From contig OZ024749.1 in the NCBI GenBank assembly GCA_964016885.1, positions 3,100,001 to 3,164,000 of the forward strand: a stretch of 64,000 nt of DNA. Reading direction: 5' to 3'. Below the pieces are notes generated by a model, which was given only the letters and a program-made list of their open reading frames with translations, was not told the DNA's origin and did not search any database. A program made the translations under genes and the position numbers. Shown piece after piece: positions 54,387-64,000 of this stretch (positions are counted from its first letter, which is position 1; every line of letters starts with the position of its first letter). This stretch comes from Eledone cirrhosa. Taxonomy: Eukaryota.

Positions 54387-57300
54387 CTACGTACTCAAGA
54401 TGTCACGCGTGGAGACCTCTCTACGTACTCAAGATGTCACGCGTGTAGACCTCTCTACATACTCAAGATGTCACGCATAGAGACCTCTCTACGTACTCAA
54501 GATGTCACGCATGGAGACCTCTCTACGTACTCAAGATGTAACGCATGGAGACTTCTCTACGTACTCAAGATGTCACGCATGGAGACCTCTCTACGTACTC
54601 AAGATGTCACGCATGGAGACCTCTCTACGTACTAAGATGTCACGCGTGTAGACCTCTCTGCGGACTCAAGATGTCACGCGTGTAGACCTCTCTACGTACT
54701 CAAGATGTAACGCATGGAGACCTCTCTACGTACTCAAGATGTCACGCATGGAGACCTGTCTACGTACTAAGATGTCACGCGTGTAGACCTCTCTACATAC
54801 TCAAGATGTCACGCATGGAGACCTGTCTACGTACTAAGATGTCACGCGTGTAGACCTCTCTACATACTCAAGATGTCACGCGTGTAGACCTCTCTACGTA
54901 CTCAAGATGTAACGCATGGAGACCTCTCTACGTACTCAAGATGTCACCCAGGGAGACCTCTCTACATACTAAGATGTCACGCATGGAGACCTCTCTACGT
55001 ACTGAAGATGTCACGCGTGTAGACCTCTCTACGTACTCAAGATGTAACGCATGGAGACCTCTCTACGTACTAAGATGAAACGCATGGAGGCCTCTCTACA
55101 TACTAAGATGTCACGCATGGAAACCTCTCTACGTACTAAAGATGTCACGCATGGAGACATCTCTACGCACTGAAGATGTCACGCATGGAGACCTCTCTAC
55201 GTACTGAAGATGTAACGCATGGAGACCTCTCTACGTACTCAAGATGTCACCCAGGGAGACCTCTCTACATACTAAGATGTCACGCATGGAGACCTCTCTA
55301 CGTACTGAAGATGTCACGCATGGAGACATCTCTACGCACTGAAGATGTCACGCATGGAGACCTCTCTACGTACTGAAGATGTAACGCATGGAGACCTCTC
55401 TACGTACTCAAGATGTCACCCAGGGAGACCTCTCTACATACTAAGATGTCACGCATGGAGGCCTCTCTACGTACTCAAGATGTCACGCATGGAGACCTCT
55501 CTACGTACTCAAGGTGTCACGCATGGAGACCTCTCTACGTACTCAAGATGTCACGCATGGAGACATCTCTACGTAGTGAAGATGTCACGCATGGAGACCT
55601 CTCTACGTACTCAAGATGTAACGCATGGAGACCTCTCTACGTACTCAAGATGTCACCCAGGGAGACCTCTCTACATACTGAAGATGTCACGCATGGAGAC
55701 CTCTCTACGTACTCAAGATGTCACGCATGGAGACATCTCTACGTACTGAAGATGTCACGCATGGAGACCTCTCTACGTACTCAAGATGTCACGCATGGAA
55801 ACCTCTCTACGTACTGAAGATGTCACGCATGGAGACATCTCTACGTACTCAAGATGTCACGCATGGAGACCTCTCTACGTACTCAAGATGTCACGCATGG
55901 AGACCTCTCTACGTACTCAAGATGTAACGCATGGATACCTCTCTACGTACTCAAGATGTCACGCGCGTAAACCTCTCTACGTACTCAGGATGTAACGCTT
56001 GGAGACCTCTCTACGTACTAAGATGTAACGCATGGGTGCCTCTCTACGTACTCAAGATGTCACGCATGGAGACCTCTCTACGTACTCAAGATGTCACGCA
56101 TGGAGACCTCTCTACGTACTCAAGATGTCACGCATGGAGACCTCTCTACATACTAAAGATGTCACGCGTGTAGACTTCTCTACATACTAAGATGTCACGC
56201 ATGGAGACCGCTCTGCATACTCAAGATGTCACGCGTGTAGACTTCTCTACATACTAAGATGTCACGCATGGAGACCTCTCTAAGTACTCAAGATGTAACG
56301 CATGGAGACCTCTCTACGTACTCAAGATGTCACGCATGGAGACCTCTCTACGTACTCAAGATGTCACGCGTGTAGACCTCTCTACATACTCAAGATGTCA
56401 CGCATGGAGACCTCTCTACGTACTCAAGATGTCACGCATGGAGACCTCTCTACGTACTCAAGATGTCACGCATGGAGACCTCTCTACGTACTCAAGATGT
56501 ATCGCATGGAGACCTCTCTACGTACTCAAGATGTAACGCATGGAGACCTCTCTACGTACTCAAGATGTAACGCATGGAGACCTCTCTACGTACTCAAGAT
56601 GTAACGCATGGACACCTCTCTACGTACTCAAGATGTCACCCAGGGAGACCTCTCTACGTACTCAAGATGTCACGCATGGAGACCTCTCTACGTACTCAAG
56701 ATGTCACGCATGGAGACCTCTCTACGTACTCAAGATGTCACGCATGGAGACCTCTCTACGTACTAAGATGTCACGCGTGTAGACCTCTCTACATACTCAA
56801 GATGTCACGCGTGTAGACCTCTCTACGTACTCAAGATGTAACGCATGGAGATCTCTCTACGTAGTCAAGATGTCACGCACGGAGACCTCTCTACGTACTA
56901 AGATGTCACGCGTGTAGACCTCTCTACATACTCAATATGTGACGCGTGTAGACCTCTCTACGTACTCAAGATGTAACTTATGGAGACCTCTCTACGTACT
57001 CAAGATGTCACCCAGGGAGAGCTCTCTACATACTAAGATGTCACGCATGGAGACCTCTCTACGTACTCAAGTTGTCACGCATGGAGACATCTCTACGTAC
57101 TGAAGATGTCACGCATGGAGACCTCTCTACGTACTCAAGATGTAACGCATGGAGACCTCTCTACGTACTCAAGATGTCACCCAGGGAGACCTCTCTACGT
57201 ACTAAAGATGTCACGCGCGTAGACCTCTCTACGTACTCCGGATGTAACGCATGGAGACCTCTCTACGTACTAAGATGTAACGCATGGAGGCCTCTCTACG

Positions 57301-58035
57301 TACTCAAGATGTCACGCATGGAGACCTCTCTACGTACTCAAGATGTCACGCATGGAGACCTCTCTACGTATTCAAGATGTCACGCATGGAGACCTCTCTA
57401 CGTACTCAAGATGTAACGCATGGAGACCTCTCTACGTACTCAAAATGTCACGCATGGAGACCTCTGTACGTACTCAAGATGTAACGCAAGCAGATCTCTC
57501 TACGTACACAAGATGTAGCGCAGGGAGACCTCTCTGCGGACTCAAGATGTCACGCATGGAGACCTCTCTACGTACTCCAGATGTCACGCATGGAGACCTA
57601 TCTGTGTACTCAAGATGTCACGCGTGGAGAGCTCGCTGCGGACTCAAGATGTCACGCATGGAGACCTCTCTACGTACTAAGATGTCACTTATGGAGACCT
57701 CTCTGTGTACTCAAGATGTCACGCGTGGAGAGCTCTCTGTGGACTCAAGATGTCGCGCGTGGAGACCTCTCTACGTACTCAAGACGTCACTCATGGAGAC
57801 CTCTCTACGTACTCAAGATGTAACGCATGGAGACCTCTCTACGTACTCAAAATGTTACGCATGGAGACCTCTCTACGTACTCCAGATGTCACGCATGGAG
57901 ACCTCTCTACGTACTGAAGATGTCACGCATGGAGACCTCTCTACGTACTCAAGATGTCACGCATGGAGACCTCTCTACGTACTCAAGATGTCACGCATGG
58001 AGACCTCTCTACGTACTCAAGATGTCACGCATGGA
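54387..58035. repeat. 34-bp tandem minisatellite, roughly 107 units
   Basis: Consensus CTCTACGTACTCAAGATGTCACGCATGGAGACCT with recurrent variant units (33-bp TAAG, CCAGGGAG, GCGTGTAG, TGAAG); no unique spacers. Confidence 0.97.
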
Positions 58036-58728
58036 ACCCGAGATAGTGAATTAATGATTACGAAGCGAACCACGAAATCATCTGGCTAGGCAACTTCTAT
58101 AATTGAACAAACAGAAGGTAAAAATATCGCCATTCTTAATTTCATCGTAATGTAACTTCTCACACAAATATAGTTCTGTCGTACCAAATAGCTGATTGAA
58201 ACATTCACCTCATTTAACCTAAGTCATAATTATATATTTGTTCGTCGCCAAGATCTTATTGAACTAATTACAACTTAATTGTAGGAAACACCTCTCATTG
58301 TTTTAAACGTTCTTCCGCTGCGTATATTTGCTGCTTCATTGTTTTGATTATCTCATTCCACCATTTCTTAATTCTACAGGAAGTTGTATATATATGTGTT
58401 GAAGATTTCGAATAAAATTGATATTAATATTTTGCATTAAAATATTGATTCTGTACATTTATTCATTAATATTAATTCTACAAAGATATATAATGTCATA
58501 TTATATGCAATATAAATAAGTAATAGTTTCGGTTTCGGGCAAGCAGCCATCAAGTTGCAGGTAAGTAGAAAGTCGATTATGTCGATAACTTTACTGGAAC
58601 AATCTCATACTTTATAAACAACGAAAAAAGGAAAAGGAAAATCTGATCTCACCAGGAATTGAACACAAAACGTAAAGAGGCCTTACTATTTCCTCAATAC
58701 ATTCTATCACACGCGCTATATTCTTAAG

Positions 58729-58925
58729 GGCGACGGAATGGCAGTATCGGTAGAATGTCGCACCACATACTTTACGTTCTGAGTTCAAATCCCACCGAGG
58801 TTAGCTCTGTTTTCATCCTTACGGGTTTGATAAAATAATGTACAAACAACGCGCGGGGTTCTGTTTAAATGACAGTCACATTCCCACGAAGTTGTTAGCA
58901 TTGAGCCTAGAAATCAGAAACATTT
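58729..58925 (+). mobile_element. SINE (main family)
   Basis: TGGCAGTATCGGTAGAATGTCG..GAGTTCAAATCCCACCGAGG. Confidence 0.75.
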
Positions 58926-59903
58926 GTTATCATTATTATTATTTATTTTCTGTTGTTATTGCAAAAACGAGGACAGCTGTTTGTTATGTCTGTATGTGCA
59001 GTGCTGTTTTTGGTGTGGTTATTTCTATTGTATTGACTGTGCACTCTGTAATATGTTTACAGTTCCTAGTACAGACCTGTCAAGTTCTGAACACCCAAAC
59101 GGGGAGTACCGTGAACAGAAGTGCCCCCAAAACCGGGTGACATGATGCAAAAGGGCGAGATTTTACATAATAAAAGCTATACCCATTTTCATAAGAGAAG
59201 ACACCTCTCAACCACCACAAAGTTGGTGGGAGATCTGTTCGTCTGATGGGGATAGTTGATAGGTCTGCTAGTGTTGTTTCTTTATGTTATATATATTTGT
59301 ATGTTCTGGGGTTTGTGCATTGCGTACTGCTCGTGAATTACATCGTTTGAATATATTCCTACAAATGTATACCATTTGGTCTCACCATTTTATAAGCTGT
59401 TAACTATGGTCGCAGTCATCAGACTATTGAAATATCGTGATACAGATATAAGGATGGATAAATACGACTTACCATGGATACCAAGCAGAGAATTTGAACC
59501 CATGATCATCAAATTGGCAAGCGAACTTCTAAACTTTGGTTATGTCTTTATAGATATTTATTTGACTGTAATATATATGGGGTGACGGCGGGAGGAGGGA
59601 ATGTAATCAATTTCCTTTATTTTTTTTCGCGCGATTGTTGATTTCTACGATTGCTAACACAACACTTCTGTCAAATAAATACAATTTCTACTATATCAGT
59701 AGATCTTACTATTCACATTGTTCAAATACTTCCCAGTTTACATTTGATTTATTTCTTTTTTTTTGTTTCAGCATGCGGTGGGTCTGTCTAATAGTTTCTA
59801 TTTTCTTAATTCCTCACTTCATATAGATTTATACGAACATATACATACATGCATACATTATAGATGCATCCTACACACACCTACATACACACACACACAT
59901 ATA

Positions 59904-59990
<87 letters not shown>

Positions 59991-60058
59991 AGTGTGTATA
60001 TATGTGTGTTTATATATATATATATATATAAATATACCTATACACATGCCTATATATA

Positions 60059-60113
<55 letters not shown>

Positions 60114-60251
60114 GTGTATATATATATGTATGTATATATATATTCATATATAAATGTAAGTATATATATATATATATAGTGCTTTATATCAGTTATAAAA
60201 TATTTGCTTGTTGTATCCCAACAAATTAAATATAACTTCTACATATATATT

Positions 60252-60336
<85 letters not shown>

Positions 60337-60901
60337 ATGTACACATGTGTGTGAGTATGCCTGTTTACATTTTTGGGGGTTATTTTTTCTTTTGAGGGAT
60401 TATCTGCTATTACTTTTCCCTATAACTTCTTCAATCTCTCGCCAGTCTCTCTCACTATTACTCTCTCTCTCTTTCTGTCTCTCTCCCTCTCTCTCTCTCT
60501 CACTCTCTTTCACCTCTTTCCCCTTAACGTCTTTCTCGACATAAATCTCTGTCTCTCTCTCTCTCTCTCTCTCAATATATCTCTCATTCTTTCTTCCGTT
60601 ATGTTTCTCCGCCTTGGAAATTGTCTTGCTTGTGGTTGTTGGGGGTTACATTGGTATTTAATTTGCTATGTTTATATATATCGTTCTCTGGAGATGCTCG
60701 CCGGTTAACACAGGCCCTTATATCTCTAGATATTCTCTAGTTTATATCTAAACGTATATTTTATTATATGTCTTTGTTCATTTTGATTTTATATCTTTCC
60801 CTTTACATCGTTTAAAATACAGCAACAAACAATGTTTGTTTCTTATAGTCCTGATGTACTTTTTAGTGGTTATATCTACTTATACTATTGTGTTTCGTTT
60901 C

Positions 60902-63790
60902 ATAATAATAATAATAATATTAATAATAATAATAAAAATAATAATAATAAAAATAATAATGATTTCTTTATTAACCACAAGGGTTTACATAAAGTAGACA
61001 TTAAGGACAGTGCAGGACAATACAGGACGGTACAAATGGGCATTTCTGAGTGTAAAAAACAAAAACAGAGGATGAAATAATAGAACAATGAAAAAATTCC
61101 CTAATATGGGGGGAGACTCCCGAGGGACATTCGTGGAGAAAGCCCATTAAAAACCCACAGTGACCCTGACCACCAGGGCAAGTGCCCTCTCCCAGTTTTC
61201 CACCTTTAATTTACAGACACATACTCAGAGTATTCACTCGGGCCATTCTTGCCTCTCTCACCCATCTTTCAACAAAATGCTGGGAAGAGAGCACTTCCCT
61301 TTCTACCCTGATTTTTCTTTTCAAATGAAATTTGAAAAAGTTAATCAGGGCATCACCGAAGAGGTAAGTGCTCGTCTTCAGCCCTTTCAAACGTGTCCAC
61401 CATACTATCTCTTTCGCCATGGCCACCAGACAGATACAAACTGCCTGCCCTTCCCGGCTAAAGGAAGAGAGCGGGGCAATCCTCACGATGGACTCAGCTG
61501 ATAGCCGGATCCGTCCTACACGCGACAGCAGGTGTTCGACATAAACCCACAAGTCAGCAATGCTCGGACACTGGACGAGTGCGTGCATGACATTCCAGTT
61601 TCTAAGCGCTCCCTCTCGGTCTTCGCTTGACCCAGAACTGCAGCTCCGTCAAGGAGACGAGCTGGGGAAAGACGAGTCTAGCAAACGGAGACCACACCTG
61701 ATCACCGTCGAGGAAGAGGTGGAGATGTCGTAGCCTGAGCGCGTGTCTGCGCATCATCAGCCACGGCATTCCCAGCCCTCCACATAGCGGGTGTTGACAG
61801 CAGATGGACCGCCTGACCATCGGAGCGCGTCCCTTCCACAAGAAGCGAAAGAGCAAACACTCCAGCGCAGTCAGGCGGGGCTTAGGACAAGGTACGACGG
61901 TCAGGCGGTAGTAGATGACGGACGCGATATACGCGTTAGCCACCTCAGCTCGACCTTTCAGAGATAGCTTCCTCTCGGCCCATTTCTGTGTGAGAGAAGC
62001 CACCCTGCCCGTCACCTCGTCCCAGTTTTTGTCCGTCTGGAGATCCGGACCGAACCAGACCCCAAGCAATTTAACTGGTTCGTCCGTCCAGCGCCCGACG
62101 ACGCTGTTGGACGGCATGGACCTGCCATTGACCTTCCTGGTTGATCATTGCTCCTGTCACCGCTTCGTATTCCCTTAGTGTAGTGCCGATCGCCTCGATG
62201 TGTTTGGCGTTCGACACCACTACGGTAACATCGTCCGCATATGCTCACACGGATCTTCCGCATCCTAGTTCGCACAGGACCCCCCTCAACGTCTCCAGTT
62301 TGTGCAGTAATGGCTCGAGAGTCAATACGTAGAAGAGGGACGAGAGGGGACATCATTGGCGGACCGAGCGCATGATGTTGAACGGTTCCGAAAGGTGACC
62401 GTTCACTCTCACCACAGAGCAGATGTCGCTGTGCATGGCAGCGATCCAATCTCTGAAGACGGGCCCAAAGCCAGCCGCCCTCAGGACTGCCGCTAGGTAA
62501 CGATGGTCGACCCTATCGAAAGCTTTCAACTGATCTAAATTGATCAAGGACCCACCCGTGCCAGGTTCCCTAGCTATCCTCTCTACGATCTATCGCATGA
62601 GGTGGAGGTTGTCGTGGATGGATCTGTCGGAAATGGCGCATGTCTGCGCCTCTCCCACCAGACCACCAACGACAAGCGCCAACCTCTTTGCTAGCACCTT
62701 GGCCCAAATCTTGAACTCTGTGTTTAGCAGAGTTATGGGCCTAAAATTATCTATGTTATCCCCCTTGTTCGGATCCTTTCTCAGCAGAGCCACAACTCCT
62801 CGGCTTACAGAGCTGGGAAAATCTCCAGTTCTGTTGCCAGTTGCAGTAGACGTCCGCCAATAGGCCTCCGAACAAGTATGGCATCTGTACGTAAAGTTCA
62901 TAGGGCAGACCATCCAAACCAGGCGATTTACCCCTTGTGCAGCTAGTAATTGCCTCCCGTACTTCAGCGGCTGTTATCGGCTTTTCGCAACACTCCACCT
63001 CAGTGGCCGAATGCCGCGGCAGTCCGTCGAGGTAGTCACTAAAGTCCATCCCTCGATCCGGCCCGCTGCTGCCTCCGAACAACTGAGCGAAGTGTCGCTG
63101 AAAAGCTTCACACATTTGCCCGGGATCGAGTAGCATGCGCTCGTCGTGGTCCACCAAAGACCGGATCGTGGCTTTTATTGCCCCGACGCGCCTCCGCCAC
63201 TCGGGCTTATTGAACGGCTTTCGTCCCCTCGTATCTGAGAGCACGCACCCTAGCTCTGACAACGCAGCATTCCTGCTTTGCATTGAAGAATTGGTCAAGG
63301 GCCAATTTCACCGCAAGTACGTCGGTCGCGATGCCTTTGCTAAGCGCCTCGTCTAATTTTCTAACTAATTCTCCCTCTGCTCTATTTTTCTCTATTGCTA
63401 AAGCCTTACTAAACCTAATGGACTCTATTCTCATTGTTCTTTTCAGAGCAAACCACCACTTGTTGTTGACGATGGCCACCCTCAACGCCCGCTTAACTAG
63501 TTCGCTAATCCGGTCTCTGTAGGCCTTGCGCGCTGGTAAGGACGCGTTTAGCTTCCAGTAGCTTGGTCCTCGTCTATGAAGCCTATCTAAGTCAAGCACA
63601 CAGATCACGAATGTGTGGTCCGTGTAGCTGACTATCTTGAATTGTGGACAGCCTATGCTATACCTATCTATTTCTCTACAAACTACTCTATCTAGATATG
63701 ATATGGATGGCCCTATGCGATTTGTCCAAGTCCACATTGGCACATTCGGGAAATTCCAATCGGTACCTGTCAGACAGTTCAAAACGCCTG
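60902..63790 (-). mobile_element. L1/Tx1-clade LINE, 5'-truncated ORF2 (APE C-terminus + RT) with frameshifts and (ATT)n tail
   Basis: WTW..SYLDR..SYTDH..WKLNASL; KSPGLDGLPYELY; NFRPITLLNTEFKI; LDQLKAFDRVDH; SVRQ; AYADD; LSLKGR; FLWKG; GGLG. Confidence 0.9.
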
Positions 63791-63892
63791 AGCAAGATAA
63801 TAAATAACTGAAAATAACAAACCTTTGCGGAGCTCACGATGAAACGATTTACTACGTAGGTCGCAAATAATAATAATAATAATAATAATAAT

Positions 63893-64000
63893 AATTGTTT
63901 CTACTTTAGGCACAAGGCCAGCAATTACCCAGTGCATTACTGGTACTTTATTTTATCGACCCCGTAAGGATGAAAGGCAAAGTCAACCTCGGCGGGATTT
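63893..64000 (-). mobile_element. Young SINE 3' part with (AAT)n flank; runs off the right edge
   Basis: TTGTTTCTACTTTAGGCACAAGGCCAGCAATT..TTTTATCGACCCCGTAAGGATGAAAGGCAAAGTCAACCTCGGCGGGATTT. Confidence 0.85.

Noticed and set aside
54387-58035. CRISPR-like array (34-bp periodicity)
   Set aside because: Units are contiguous with no unique spacers, there are no cas genes, and the context is eukaryotic
55176-58089. Repetitive ORFs MSRMETSLRTQDVTHGDLSTYSRCHAWRPLYVLK
   Set aside because: A 34-bp unit cycles through all three frames; variant units add stops and frameshifts freely, so there is no sign of coding constraint

Overview
AT-rich, repeat-saturated animal genomic DNA. The tRNA-derived SINEs resemble octopus families as I recall them, so a cephalopod origin is an inference. 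No host protein-coding gene can be supported, and nearly all ORFs in the track are microsatellite or minisatellite artefacts. The real coding remnants are all retroelements: a young 5'-truncated Penelope-like element (PLE; RT + GIY-YIG, 43793-47712) with an inverted pseudo-LTR, two more PLE fragments, an RTE LINE with a 5' inversion, an L1/Tx1 LINE, and CRE-like and R4-like fragments. There are about 20 SINEs, a Helitron-like element, MITEs and a ~3.65 kb 34-bp minisatellite that appears to have grown out of a SINE. The main signal is about 20 type I hammerhead-ribozyme (HHR) motifs from roughly 10 sequence families. They sit in short fold-back (inverted) micro-elements stacked inside (TA)n tracts. 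They include core variants (U4C, U4A, U3-A8), forms with long stem II or stem III insertions, and a 425-bp tandem dimer. All folds were made by eye and none has been tested.
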